Shown: positions 9,051 to 19,511, numbered from the stretch's first letter. The stretch is DNA of 64,000 nt from an uncultured Bacilli bacterium (GCA_934162445.1 CAKPIT010000002.1:77379-141378), one strand, 5' to 3'. A program made the numbers and translations. Notes: a model not told the origin generated them from the sequence alone.

Positions 9051-10510
9051 ATGAACAAGAGAAAGTAAGACGTGAAAAATTAGAAAAAATTAGTGAGATA
9101 ACGAATGCTTATCCAGAACGATTTGAAATTACTCATGAGTTGAAGGATGCAAGAGAATTACCTGATGAAACTAAGGATGTTAAAATAGCAGGAAGAATTG
9201 TATTTCTTAGAAAAATGGGTAAGATGAGCTTTTTAAGACTTAGAGATTTTGATGGAGAGATTCAGGTTTCATTAAAACTTGATTTATTAGGAGAAGAGGC
9301 TTATAGTTTTTTTAAGAGTTTAATAGATGTAGGAGATTATGTAGGATTTGAAGGAGAGATTTTTACTACACAAACTGGTGAAAAGACCCTTCGAGCTTCA
9401 TCTTTAACTTTTTTAGGAAAGGCTTTAAGACCACTTCCTGAAAAATTTCATGGTTTAACTGATCCTGAGATGTGTTATAGAGAGCGATATGTCGACCTTA
9501 TTATGAATAAGGAGACTCGTGATAGATTCCATATTAGATATAAATTTATTCGTGAATTACGTACTTATTTAGAAAATTTAGGGTATTATGAAATTGAAAC
9601 TCCTATTTTAAACAATAAGGCGAGTGGGGCTGTGGCAAGACCTTTTGTGTCTCATCATAATGCTCTTGATCTTGATGTTTATCTTCGTATTGCTCCTGAA
9701 ACTTATATGAAAAGAGCAGTTCTTTCAGGAATGAATAAAGTTTTTGAGATTGCAAGATGTTTTAGAAATGAAGGAATGGATGCTACTCACTTACAAGATT
9801 TTACGATGATTGAAGCATATCAAGCTTATTATAATTATGAAGATAATATGAAGTTAATTCAAGATATGTTACAAACTATTATTATGAATACCTTTGGTAC
9901 TTTAAATATTAAAGTAGGGGATAAAATGATTGATATGAGTGGTACTTGGCCTAAGGTTTCATTTAGAGAACTTATTTTGAAGTATGCTAATATTGATATT
10001 AATGATTATCCTGATAAGGAAAGTTTACTTGCTATTATTAAAGAGAAGAAAATAGAACTTGATAGTGAGACTCCAGTTGAGAATTTAGGCTATGGTAATT
10101 TGATTGATTATCTTTATAAAAAAGTAGCGAGACCACATATTATTGAACCTATTTACTTAACTGAGCATCCAGTTAGTTTAAGTCCTTTAGCTAGAAGTAA
10201 TGATGAGAGAAAAGAGATTACGGATAGATTCCAACTTGTAGTTAATGGTGCTGAACTTGTTAATGGTTTTAGTGAACTTGTTGATCCACAGGAACAAGAG
10301 AAAAGACTTCTTGATCAAGCGAAATTAAAAGATGCTGGTGATATGGAAGCTATGGAAATGGATTATGATTATATTGAAGCTATGGAATATGGTATGCCAC
10401 CTATTTCTGGTTGGGGTATGGGAATTGATCGTATTGTTCAATTACTTACTGGTAGTGATAATATTCGCGATGTAGTTTTATTTCCTTTGATGAGACCATT
10501 AGATAAATAA
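9032..10510 (+). CDS. lysS: Lysyl-tRNA synthetase (class II)
   Basis: OB-fold N-terminal domain and class II motifs (FRNEG, GxGIDR). 492 aa. Confidence 0.95.
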   Translation: MPRRELNEQEKVRREKLEKISEITNAYPERFEITHELKDARELPDETKDVKIAGRIVFLRKMGKMSFLRLRDFDGEIQVSLKLDLLGEEAYSFFKSLIDVGDYVGFEGEIFTTQTGEKTLRASSLTFLGKALRPLPEKFHGLTDPEMCYRERYVDLIMNKETRDRFHIRYKFIRELRTYLENLGYYEIETPILNNKASGAVARPFVSHHNALDLDVYLRIAPETYMKRAVLSGMNKVFEIARCFRNEGMDATHLQDFTMIEAYQAYYNYEDNMKLIQDMLQTIIMNTFGTLNIKVGDKMIDMSGTWPKVSFRELILKYANIDINDYPDKESLLAIIKEKKIELDSETPVENLGYGNLIDYLYKKVARPHIIEPIYLTEHPVSLSPLARSNDERKEITDRFQLVVNGAELVNGFSELVDPQEQEKRLLDQAKLKDAGDMEAMEMDYDYIEAMEYGMPPISGWGMGIDRIVQLLTGSDNIRDVVLFPLMRPLDK

Positions 10511-10514
10511 TATA

Positions 10515-10546
10515 GATATCCACAGAAGTTGTGGATATCTTTTTTT
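10515..10546 (+). terminator. Rho-independent terminator after lysS
   Basis: Perfect 9-bp stem GATATCCAC-agaagtt-GTGGATATC followed by T7. Confidence 0.7.
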
Positions 10547-10617
10547 ATAAAAAGTCGGTAATTGCTTGTAAAATAAGGGAATTACTCGTATAATTGTATT
10601 AGAAAGGAGAAATTAGT

Positions 10618-12015
10618 ATGAAAAAACATAATGCACTTAAAGTAGTTATTATTACATTACTTGTATTTGTATTACTAACATGGTTTATTCCTTGTGCTAT
10701 TTATCAATCTTCTTATAGTGAAGTTGGTAGATATCAAGTTGGTATTTTTGATGTTGCTGCTTATCAATCTACAGTATTAGGTTATTTTGGTTATGTAGCA
10801 TTATTTGTGTTAGTAATTGGTGGATTTTATGGTGTATTATATAAGACTGGTGTTTACCGTAAGATTCTTGATGGAATTTGTAAAAAATTAAAAGGTAAGG
10901 AAACTATTGCTATCATTGTTATGATGTCATTACTTGCTATTTTAACTTCTTTAACTGGATTCCAAGTAGTACTACTTATGTTATTCCCATTTGTAATATC
11001 ATTAGTATTAATGATGGGATATAATAAAAAAGCAGCTGTTTTAGCTACTGCTGGTAGTGTCTCTGTTGGTCTTATGGGTACTACTTTTGCGTATAATACA
11101 ACACAAGTATTGCAACAAGTTTTATCAGTTAAAGCTGTTGACTTAATTTGGGCTAAGATTATTTTATTAGTACTTGGTCTTGTTATTTTATCTTTCTACT
11201 TATTTAAGCTTGGTAAAGATGAAAGTACAAAAAAATGTGAGGATAAGGATTTATTTATTCCTGAAGCTTCTAAGGGAAAGGATAAAAAGAAAGTATGGCC
11301 ATTAATGGTTATTCTTGATGTCATGTTTGTAATTGGCGTTTTAGCTTTTATTCCTTGGAATTCAGCATTTTCAATTGATGCTTTTGAAAAAGCTACTGAT
11401 GCTTTCTTAAAGTTTGAAGTATTTAAATTCCCAATTTTCGGTAAGATTTTTGGTTCTGTTAATGCTTTTGGTTCTTGGTCATTCCTTGAATTAATTACTT
11501 TAATGTTAGTAGCTATTATCATCATTAAATTTGTATATAAGATTAAATGGGATGATATTTTTGATGGTTTTGGTAATGGTGCTAAGAAAGCAATGTTACC
11601 AGCCTTCCTTATTCTTTTAATCTATACTTGTATTGTACTTACTACTTATAATCCATTCCAATTAGTTATTTATAAAGTAATTCTTGGAATGAGTAAAGGT
11701 TTTAATATTTTTACAACTTTCTTAGTAGCATTATTTGCAAGTATCTTTAATGGTGATCCATTGTATGCTTTTAATAGTGTACTACCTTATATGGTTAGTG
11801 TTATTAAAAGTAGTAGTAATTATCAACTTATTGCTGTTATTTTCCAAGCAATATTTGGTATTGTTACTTTAGTTGCTCCTACTAGTATTCCATTAATGCT
11901 TACTTTAGCTTATACTGATGTTTCATTCAAAGATTGGCTTAAGTATATTTGGAAAGTATTAGTAGCATTACTTGTATTAGCATTTATTATATTTACAATT
12001 TTAATATTAATTTAA
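10618..12015 (+). CDS. Polytopic membrane protein, putative transporter (YfcC/C4-dicarboxylate-carrier-like?)
   Basis: 465 aa with about 12 predicted TM helices. Family assignment is a guess from size and topology only. Confidence 0.4.
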   Translation: MKKHNALKVVIITLLVFVLLTWFIPCAIYQSSYSEVGRYQVGIFDVAAYQSTVLGYFGYVALFVLVIGGFYGVLYKTGVYRKILDGICKKLKGKETIAIIVMMSLLAILTSLTGFQVVLLMLFPFVISLVLMMGYNKKAAVLATAGSVSVGLMGTTFAYNTTQVLQQVLSVKAVDLIWAKIILLVLGLVILSFYLFKLGKDESTKKCEDKDLFIPEASKGKDKKKVWPLMVILDVMFVIGVLAFIPWNSAFSIDAFEKATDAFLKFEVFKFPIFGKIFGSVNAFGSWSFLELITLMLVAIIIIKFVYKIKWDDIFDGFGNGAKKAMLPAFLILLIYTCIVLTTYNPFQLVIYKVILGMSKGFNIFTTFLVALFASIFNGDPLYAFNSVLPYMVSVIKSSSNYQLIAVIFQAIFGIVTLVAPTSIPLMLTLAYTDVSFKDWLKYIWKVLVALLVLAFIIFTILILI

Positions 12016-12022
12016 TTGTAAT

Positions 12023-12046
12023 GAAGCCTTCGGGCTTCTTTTTTTG
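12023..12046 (+). terminator. Rho-independent terminator
   Basis: GAAGCC-ttcg-GGCTTC followed by T8. Confidence 0.7.
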
Positions 12047-12120
12047 TCATTTTTTTGGGGTCTTTTAAACTTGATTAGATGTCTTCTTCTTTTTAAAATA
12101 GTAATAGATAGGAGGAAAAT

Positions 12121-14412
12121 ATGTTTTCAAGATTTAGTGAGGATGCCCAAAAAGCTTTAATATTAGCGAAAGCAGAGATGAATAGTTTGCATCATCCTTA
12201 TGTGGGTAGTGAGCATTTATTTTTGGCAATACTTTCGATGAAAACTTTGGATATAACAAAAAAGTTAGCACATTATAATATTACTTATGACATCTTTAAA
12301 AAGGAACTTATTAAAATAGTAGGAATGGGAAAGGAAGCTTCAAGTTGGTTTTTATATACACCACTATTAAAACGAGTAATTGAAACTGCTATTTTAAATA
12401 GTAAAGAAAAAGGCGAGGTAGAAGTTTCTATTAATGAGTTGTTGATGGCTATTTTGGAAGAAGGAGAAGGCGTAGCAATTAGACTTTTAATTGGCCTTAA
12501 TATTGATATTGATGAAATATATAATAATCTGTCTAAAGATTTTGAAGGGACAAAAAGGGTTGTTCACAAAAAACTTTTGGTGGATGATTATGGAGTTAAT
12601 TTAAATAAAAAAGTGTGTGATAATGATGTTGATCCGGTGATTGGAAGAGATGATGAGATTAATGCCTTAATTGAAGTTTTGTGTAGAAGGGGGAAGAATA
12701 ATCCATTATTAATTGGGGAAGCGGGGGTTGGAAAGACAGCCCTTGTAGAGGAGTTAGCTAGAAGAATTGTGGAAGGGAGAGTGCCTGTTTCTTTAAAAAA
12801 TAAAATTATTATTTCGTTACCAATGGCTAGTTTAGTAGCGGGGACTAAATATCGTGGTGAATTTGAAGAGAGAATTTCTAAGATTTTAAAGGAACTTGAA
12901 AATAACAAGGAAATAATTATTTTTATTGACGAAGTTCATACCATTGTAGGAGCGGGTGGTGCTGAAGGGGCGATTGATGCTTCTAATATTATTAAACCAG
13001 CACTGGCAAGGGGAAAATTACAGTTAATTGGGGCTACAACTGTTGGAGAATACCATACTTTTATTGAAAAAGATAAAGCCTTAAATAGAAGATTTCAATT
13101 AATTATGGTAGAAGAGCCTTCTTTAGCAAAAACAAAGGAAATTCTGAAGAAATTGAAGCCATTATATGAAGCGTATCATTTTGTTAGCATTGATGATAAT
13201 ATTATTGATTTAATAGTGGAACTTAGTAATACTTATATTTATGAATATTATCAACCAGATAAGGCAATTGATATTTTGGATGAAGTTTGTACAAAGGCAT
13301 CTCTTGTGGAAAATAAGACGGATATTAAGATAAGTTTTATTAATAGTGAGCTTAGTAAGGTTATAAATCTTAAGAAAAAAGCGATTATGAATCAGGATTT
13401 TGAACTTGCATCTGTTTTTAAAGAAAAAGAAAAGAAGTTATTGAGTGAAAGAAATTCTTTGGAACTTAAACTTTTAAAAAGAAAAAAGCCTAAGAAAATT
13501 ACGGCTGATATGGTGGGGAAGGTTATTTATTTAAAGACAAAGATTCCAGTTTATGAAGTTAATAAGAATTCTCTTAAAAGGATAAATCTTTTGGATAAAA
13601 AATTAAATAGTAAGGTTTTAGGACAAGAGAAAGTTATTAAAGATTTATGTAGTCGTGTTAAAAAAATTCAATTGGGGTTTAGAGAAAAACCAAAGGTTCA
13701 ATCTTTTCTTTTTTCGGGAATGACTGGAGTTGGGAAAACTTTGTTAGTTAAGGAATTTGCTAAAGAAATATATGATGATAGTAGTTTTATTAGACTTGAT
13801 ATGAGTGAATTTAGAGAAGATCATGCAGTTAGTAAAATTATAGGCTCACCGCCCGGATATGTTGGCTTTGATAATCATATTACAATTCTTGATACAATTA
13901 GAATGCATCCTCATGCTGTGGTGTTACTTGATGAGATTGAAAAGGCTAGTAGTGCGGTGTTAAAGTTATTTTTACAGGTGCTTGATGAAGGATTTTTAAC
14001 GGATTCGAGAGGTAGAAAAGTAAGATTTGATAATGTATTTTTATTTATGACTACTAATTTGGGATTTCATAGTGATGACCTTGGATTTTTAACAAGTAAA
14101 AAAGAAGAGGAATCGTTGGAAGATTTTTTAGGTGTTGAGTTTGTTAACCGTATTGATAAAGTTTATTATTTTGAAAAACTTGATAGAGATACAATAAGAA
14201 AAATTGTATTGATGAAGCTTAATATTTTGAAAAAAGCTTTTAAGAAGAAGGAACTTAATGTAAAGTTTTCCACATCTATTGTGGATAAAGTTATTGATAT
14301 GTCTATGTTTGATAAATTTGGAGCGAGACGTGTGGATAAAGTTATTGATGAAGTGGTAACACCTTTGATTGTTGATGCATGGTATTATGGAAAAAAGGAA
14401 GTGAAAGTATAA
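12121..14412 (+). CDS. clpC: ATP-dependent Clp protease ATP-binding subunit ClpC-like
   Basis: Clp N-domain repeat at the N-terminus. Two AAA modules (GEAGVGKTA and SGMTGVGKT Walker A; sensor motifs). No ctsR/mcsA/mcsB upstream. Confidence 0.8.
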   Translation: MFSRFSEDAQKALILAKAEMNSLHHPYVGSEHLFLAILSMKTLDITKKLAHYNITYDIFKKELIKIVGMGKEASSWFLYTPLLKRVIETAILNSKEKGEVEVSINELLMAILEEGEGVAIRLLIGLNIDIDEIYNNLSKDFEGTKRVVHKKLLVDDYGVNLNKKVCDNDVDPVIGRDDEINALIEVLCRRGKNNPLLIGEAGVGKTALVEELARRIVEGRVPVSLKNKIIISLPMASLVAGTKYRGEFEERISKILKELENNKEIIIFIDEVHTIVGAGGAEGAIDASNIIKPALARGKLQLIGATTVGEYHTFIEKDKALNRRFQLIMVEEPSLAKTKEILKKLKPLYEAYHFVSIDDNIIDLIVELSNTYIYEYYQPDKAIDILDEVCTKASLVENKTDIKISFINSELSKVINLKKKAIMNQDFELASVFKEKEKKLLSERNSLELKLLKRKKPKKITADMVGKVIYLKTKIPVYEVNKNSLKRINLLDKKLNSKVLGQEKVIKDLCSRVKKIQLGFREKPKVQSFLFSGMTGVGKTLLVKEFAKEIYDDSSFIRLDMSEFREDHAVSKIIGSPPGYVGFDNHITILDTIRMHPHAVVLLDEIEKASSAVLKLFLQVLDEGFLTDSRGRKVRFDNVFLFMTTNLGFHSDDLGFLTSKKEEESLEDFLGVEFVNRIDKVYYFEKLDRDTIRKIVLMKLNILKKAFKKKELNVKFSTSIVDKVIDMSMFDKFGARRVDKVIDEVVTPLIVDAWYYGKKEVKV

Positions 14413-14434
14413 TAAAAAAGCTTGTTAAGGCTTT

Positions 14435-14950
14435 TTATTTTTTATATAATGTCATGTATTTAGCACTTGTGTAATCAAGGAATACTTTAATTGTTGAACA
14501 ATCATCAGCTAGTAAATAATTTTCTGAGTAATAATTTGGGTATTCGTCAGCGGGAGCAGATATTTCTGATGGATGAATAAATGTTATAGTATTGCCGTTG
14601 ATGTAAAAGGATCCGGTTTGGGTTTGAACATCTCCAAAGGTAGCTTTGTAATGATTATTTTCATCAAGAATATAGGTATAGTTTAAGTTAGTAGTTAGAG
14701 TTATGCCTCTATTAATTTCTTCAGTATATTCTCCATGATATGTACCAGTACATTTAGGAACATCTTTAGTTGTTGTTTCAACTTTATTTTCAGATTCATT
14801 TTTTTCATTCTCTGTTTTTTTCTTTTCGTTTTCTGTTTCTTGAGCTTGGTTGCTATTTTCTTTGCTAGTTAAAGTTTTTTCAAAAATAATATAACTAGTA
14901 GTAGCAACTAAAGCTAACGAAAGAACAATTATGATAATATTTTTTTTCAT
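14435..14950 (-). CDS. Secreted or membrane-anchored hypothetical protein
   Basis: N-terminal signal/anchor, a low-complexity E/K/T/N linker, then a C-terminal globular region. No family recognised. Confidence 0.45.
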   Translation of the reverse strand: MKKNIIIIVLSLALVATTSYIIFEKTLTSKENSNQAQETENEKKKTENEKNESENKVETTTKDVPKCTGTYHGEYTEEINRGITLTTNLNYTYILDENNHYKATFGDVQTQTGSFYINGNTITFIHPSEISAPADEYPNYYSENYLLADDCSTIKVFLDYTSAKYMTLYKK

Positions 14951-15074
14951 TTCTTCCTCCTATCTTATCATAATATAATAATACAATATTATTGGTTAAA
15001 TAACAAGTATTAAAGTTTATTTTATTTCAATATGGTTTGTGTTATAATAAAGAAAATGTGAAAGGGAGAGATCT

Positions 15075-16460
15075 ATGAAGATTTATAATACATTAACAAG
15101 AAAAATTGAAGAGTTTGTTCCAAAAGATAAAAATGAAGTTAAAATGTATACTTGTGGACCGACTGTTTATAGTTATGCTCATATTGGTAATTTAAGGACT
15201 TATATAATGGAAGATGTTTTGGAAAAGACGCTTACTTATTTAGGTTATAATGTTAAGAGGGTAATGAATATAACTGATGTTGGTCATTTGTCTAGTGATT
15301 CTGATAGTGGTGAAGATAAAATGCTTAAAAGTGCTAAGAAGGAACATAAAGCGGTATTAGATATTGCTAAATTTTATACGGATGCATTTATGAATGATAC
15401 TAGAAAATTAAATATTAAATGGCCTAGTATTGTTAGTCCTGCTACTGATAATATTGATATGTATATAAAGATTATTACAGATCTTCTTGATAAGGGGTTT
15501 GCTTATGCTTCAGGGGGTAATATTTATTTTGATACTTCTAAAGTAAAGGATTACTACTGTTTAACTAACCATAAGATTGATGATATGGTGGTTGGGGTTC
15601 GTGATGGTGTTTTATTTGATAGCAATAAGAAGAATCAGGCTGATTTTGCTTTGTGGTTTACTAAGTCCAAATTTGAAGATCAAGAATTAAAATGGGATAG
15701 TCCATTTGGTTATGGTTATCCGGGTTGGCATATTGAATGTTCGGCGATTGCTATTAGTAATCTTGGAGAATATCTTGATATTCACTGTGGGGGAATTGAT
15801 AATATTTTTCCGCATCATACTAATGAAATTGCTCAAAGTGAAGCTTATTTAGGACATAAATGGTGTAGTTATTGGGTTCATGGTGAACATTTAAATGATA
15901 AGAGTGGAAAGATTAGTAAAAGTAAGGGGACAATGTTAACAGTATCATTACTAGAAAGTAAGGGTTATGATCCTCTTAGTTATCGATATATGTGTTTGGA
16001 GTCTCATTACCGAAAACCGTTACTATTTTCATATGAGGCTTTGGATAAGGCTTCTAATGATTATAGAAAATTAAATAAAAGAGTTTTGGCTCTTTCAGAT
16101 GATGGTGAAATTCTTGATGATTTAGTTAGTGAATATAAAAAGAAGTTTGGAGATAGTCTTTCTCTTGATTTAAATACAGCGATGGCACTTACCGTTTTAT
16201 ATGATGTCTTAAAAGACAATAGACTTAATGATAAGAGTAAAAGAGAATTAATAACATCTTTTGATGAGGTACTTAGTCTTGATTTATTAAAAGAGGAAAC
16301 AGTAGAGATTAGTGATGATATTAAAACGTTGATTCAAAAGCGTGATGAATTTAAAAAAGAAAAAAATTTTGCTGAGGCTGATAAGATTCGGGATCAATTA
16401 TTAGAGATGGGAATTAAATTAATTGATAGTCGTGATGGTACTAAATATGAAGTAATTTAA
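15075..16460 (+). CDS. cysS: Cysteinyl-tRNA synthetase
   Basis: Class I HIGH motif (AHIGN) and KMSKS motif (KISKSKG). Zn-binding Cys positions present. 461 aa. Confidence 0.95.
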   Translation: MKIYNTLTRKIEEFVPKDKNEVKMYTCGPTVYSYAHIGNLRTYIMEDVLEKTLTYLGYNVKRVMNITDVGHLSSDSDSGEDKMLKSAKKEHKAVLDIAKFYTDAFMNDTRKLNIKWPSIVSPATDNIDMYIKIITDLLDKGFAYASGGNIYFDTSKVKDYYCLTNHKIDDMVVGVRDGVLFDSNKKNQADFALWFTKSKFEDQELKWDSPFGYGYPGWHIECSAIAISNLGEYLDIHCGGIDNIFPHHTNEIAQSEAYLGHKWCSYWVHGEHLNDKSGKISKSKGTMLTVSLLESKGYDPLSYRYMCLESHYRKPLLFSYEALDKASNDYRKLNKRVLALSDDGEILDDLVSEYKKKFGDSLSLDLNTAMALTVLYDVLKDNRLNDKSKRELITSFDEVLSLDLLKEETVEISDDIKTLIQKRDEFKKEKNFAEADKIRDQLLEMGIKLIDSRDGTKYEVI

Positions 16461-16471
16461 AGGAGAAATTA

Positions 16472-17152
16472 ATGAAATATATTTGTTATGGCTTAATACT
16501 TATAACTTTGATAATAATGATTAGTATAGTTGTTATGCTGATGTTTTTGTATCATAAATATAGTAAAATAAAAGTAACTAAAAAAATAGATTTATTATTA
16601 CTTTTAGAAAAGTTTAATTTCTCTTTTTTTTCTTTGAAAGATAGTAGATTTAGAGTTAACTTCGATTTTAAAAATAAATCCTTAAAACTTTCAGATGGCT
16701 TTTTGACTAATACAGTTTTTTCAACGGCTTGCCTTATTCATTTTTTGGGACATATATGTCAGAAGGAAAAAGATAGTTATTGGTTAAAAATACATGGAGT
16801 TTTAGATTCTTTTCTTGATTTTAGTAGTAAGTTTAGTTATATGGCACTATTAATTGGGTTTATTTTTCTGTTTGATAAATTGATTGTGGTAGGCTTTTTC
16901 CTTTTTATGTTAATTTTTCTTATTAAATTAATCTTTCTTCCCTTTGAGTTTGAAGCATCAAAGTTGGGACTTTCATTACTTTTGGAAAATAAAATGCTTA
17001 CGGGTAGTGATAAGGTGAAGGTTTCTAAAGTGTTAGGGGTTATTTCTTGTTCTTCGCTTGCATCATTATTAACTACTTTGTTTACAATGTTTCAAAAGAT
17101 TTGGTTTGTTTTAATAAATAATAGAGAGGGAAGATTTGATGATGGATGTTAG
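16472..17152 (+). CDS. YugP-family (Zn_peptidase_2) membrane metallopeptidase homolog with HExxH changed to HFxxH
   Basis: LPFEFEAS matches YugP LPVEFNAS. CLIHFLGHICQ aligns with YugP AAHEVGHAIQ, with the catalytic Glu replaced by Phe. Four or more TM helices. Confidence 0.5.
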   Translation: MKYICYGLILITLIIMISIVVMLMFLYHKYSKIKVTKKIDLLLLLEKFNFSFFSLKDSRFRVNFDFKNKSLKLSDGFLTNTVFSTACLIHFLGHICQKEKDSYWLKIHGVLDSFLDFSSKFSYMALLIGFIFLFDKLIVVGFFLFMLIFLIKLIFLPFEFEASKLGLSLLLENKMLTGSDKVKVSKVLGVISCSSLASLLTTLFTMFQKIWFVLINNREGRFDDGC

Positions 17153-17519
17153 AATGGTTAATTCGCTTGTTTTGGCTTATCTTGGTGATAGTATTTATGA
17201 AGAGTATGTTAGATGTCATTTAATTAAACAGGGAATAAATAAGGTTAATGAATTACAGGAAGCAGCTATTAGGTATGTTAGTGCTAAAAGACAGGCTTAT
17301 TATTTAGATAGTTTGTTTGATTATAACTTTTTTTCTTTAGAGGAGGTTGAAGTAATTAAAAGAGCTCGAAACTCCAAGAGTCATGCTAATCCTAAGGGAT
17401 GTAGTGTGATTGAATATAAAAAGGCAACGGGCTTAGAAGCTATTATTGGTTATTGGTATTTGGAGAAGAAATATGAAAAAATAGAAGCAATGATGGAGGA
17501 AATATTTAAGATATGTTAG
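17136..17519 (+). CDS. mrnC: Mini-ribonuclease 3 (MrnC)
   Basis: LAYLGDSIYE RNase III signature in a ~125 aa protein. Position cysS-mrnC-rlmB as in Bacillus. Confidence 0.8.
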   Translation: MMMDVRMVNSLVLAYLGDSIYEEYVRCHLIKQGINKVNELQEAAIRYVSAKRQAYYLDSLFDYNFFSLEEVEVIKRARNSKSHANPKGCSVIEYKKATGLEAIIGYWYLEKKYEKIEAMMEEIFKIC

Positions 17520-18217
17520 TATATGGAAAAAATGTAGCAGAAAGAATTTTAAAGGATGAAAATTTAGAGAAAAAAATTAAAGTGATATATACAGATTCAA
17601 TCTTTTATGAAAAGAATAGTAATTTATTTAGAAAAATTGCTAATTCTAAAATAAAAATTGTGGAAAATAGAAAATTAGATGATTTGGCAAAAGGAGTTCA
17701 TCAAGGTATAATCATTGATATGGAGGAGTACCAATATACTAATTTAGATGAATTTTTAAGAAAAGATAATAAATCAGTTATTATTTTAGATCATATTCTT
17801 GATCCACATAATTTAGGGGCAATTATAAGAACGGCAGTAGCAGCTTCTTTTGATGCAGTTATTATTCCTAAAGATCGACAGGCTTTAGTTAATGCGACAG
17901 TTGTAAAAACTTCCGTAGGGGCAATTTATGATATTGATGTGATTGCTGTTACTAATATTAATAGATGTATCGATCAGTTAAAACAACATGATTATTGGAT
18001 TTATGGTAGTAGTTTAGATGGGGTAAGTTATGATACAGTTGATTATGATAGAAAAGTTGCTCTAATTATTGGTAATGAAGAGAAAGGAATGTCAAAGCTT
18101 GTTAAAGATAATAGTGATTTTTTAATTCGTATTCCAATTTCGTCTAAAATTGATAGTTTGAATGCATCAGTAGCAGCTGGTATTATGATGTTTGAGGTAG
18201 TCCGAAGTAGAAAGTAG
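17513..18217 (+). CDS. rlmB: 23S rRNA (guanosine-2'-O)-methyltransferase RlmB (SpoU/TrmH family)
   Basis: SPOUT C-terminal motifs (IIGNEEKGMS, LNASVAAGI). Synteny. Confidence 0.8.
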   Translation: MLVYGKNVAERILKDENLEKKIKVIYTDSIFYEKNSNLFRKIANSKIKIVENRKLDDLAKGVHQGIIIDMEEYQYTNLDEFLRKDNKSVIILDHILDPHNLGAIIRTAVAASFDAVIIPKDRQALVNATVVKTSVGAIYDIDVIAVTNINRCIDQLKQHDYWIYGSSLDGVSYDTVDYDRKVALIIGNEEKGMSKLVKDNSDFLIRIPISSKIDSLNASVAAGIMMFEVVRSRK

Positions 18218-18222
18218 GAGTT

Positions 18223-18798
18223 ATGAATTATAATGATTATGAGTTACTTTATTTAATAGAAGAGAATGATGAAGTGGCTTACAATGTAATGATTTTGAAA
18301 TATAAACCTATTATTTATAAATTTGCTAAGATTTATAGTGATTATATTAAAAATAATGGTTATTTTTGTAGTTATGATGAGCTTGTTAATCTTGGAATAG
18401 AGGCTTTGATTGATGCTATTAAAAGTTATGATGAAGAAAGAAAGGTTCTTTTTTATTCTTTCTTTTTAGTTTGTCTTAAGCATAAATATAATCTTTTTAT
18501 GAGGTCGATTTTTACTAATAAAAATAAATTATTAACTTTTTATCAAGAACTTGATTTTGAAATTAGGGATGATATTGTAGTTGATCCTTTTGAATATGTT
18601 TCATGTAAGGACTTTGAAAAGTTATTTATGGAGTATATATATAAACTTGAATTTATTGATGGTTGTATTTTGATGCTTAGATATAATAATTTTAAATATC
18701 ATGAAATTGTTAAATTGCTTGATGTATCGATGGCTAAGATTAGTAGAGTTGTAAATAGGGCTAAAAATGTTTTTATAAATAAAGAGTTAAGCTTGTAA
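18223..18798 (+). CDS. sigH: Sigma-70-family sigma factor, SigH-like
   Basis: 191 aa with a region 2-like N-terminal half and a region 4 HTH at the C-terminus. Sits where sigH lies after rlmB in Bacillus, although yacP is absent. Confidence 0.6.
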   Translation: MNYNDYELLYLIEENDEVAYNVMILKYKPIIYKFAKIYSDYIKNNGYFCSYDELVNLGIEALIDAIKSYDEERKVLFYSFFLVCLKHKYNLFMRSIFTNKNKLLTFYQELDFEIRDDIVVDPFEYVSCKDFEKLFMEYIYKLEFIDGCILMLRYNNFKYHEIVKLLDVSMAKISRVVNRAKNVFINKELSL

Positions 18799-18833
18799 AA
18801 TTTATTAATTTACTATAAAATTATAATAGGGTG

Positions 18834-19511
18834 ATGGCTATGGAAGAGTCCTTGGTAGAGTGGTATAATCGTTATCCGAAGATGGATGATGTGACGAATA
18901 AGTTTATTCTTATGGATAGAACACTTAAGTATATTCATGAGAATGGTTATTATGTGACTAATTTTAATCCTAAAAATATTATGATTGGATTGAATTCTAG
19001 TGATAATTATATAGTTTATAAAAATATTAGTCCTATGTCTTCTGATGCTAAGAATTTGGAGGCTAGTAATATTTATAATTTGGCTTTTTTGGAGCTTTCA
19101 ATATATGCTAATATGCTTGAAACAATTGATTATTTAAAACCACAGTTTGTTAAGGAACATTTTAATGAGTTTAAGGTGTTTTTACCGGAAGATTTGGCTA
19201 ATTATTATCAAAGGGTTTTAGTAAGTAATGGCGGGGGTTATTTATCTGATTATGTTAATTCTAAAAATGAAAGGCTTATTAATGACACGGCGGGAGCTTT
19301 AGGTAATAGTAGTAATAGAAAACTTGTTAAGAGTAATGGACATTATCAAAGTGATGATAGTAAACAAGTAGTTCCTTTGGAAATGGTTGATAAGAATTTT
19401 GATAAGAATAATAATAATGTAGGGGCATTTGTAAGTAGTTTCCTTTTAACTTTTATTGTTATAGCGCTTACACTTTTAATTCCATTAGTTATCTTTTTAG
19501 TTAATAAGTAA
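18834..19511 (+). CDS. Tail-anchored membrane protein, hypothetical
   Basis: About 200 aa soluble domain followed by a single C-terminal TM helix (LLTFIVIALTLLIPLVIFLV). Immediately downstream of the sigma factor. Confidence 0.4.
   Translation: MAMEESLVEWYNRYPKMDDVTNKFILMDRTLKYIHENGYYVTNFNPKNIMIGLNSSDNYIVYKNISPMSSDAKNLEASNIYNLAFLELSIYANMLETIDYLKPQFVKEHFNEFKVFLPEDLANYYQRVLVSNGGGYLSDYVNSKNERLINDTAGALGNSSNRKLVKSNGHYQSDDSKQVVPLEMVDKNFDKNNNNVGAFVSSFLLTFIVIALTLLIPLVIFLVNK

Noticed and set aside
14413-14434. Bidirectional terminator between clpC and the convergent minus-strand gene.
   Set aside because: Only a weak HindIII-palindrome-like hairpin (AAGCTTgttAAGGCTT) with a short T-run. Not convincing enough to list as a feature.
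14951-15074. T-box or other riboswitch leaders upstream of cysS, lysS and the ThrRS-like/udk gene.
   Set aside because: The leaders are only about 80-120 nt, too short for T-box elements, and no T-box consensus (AATTAGGGTGGNACCGCG) is visible.
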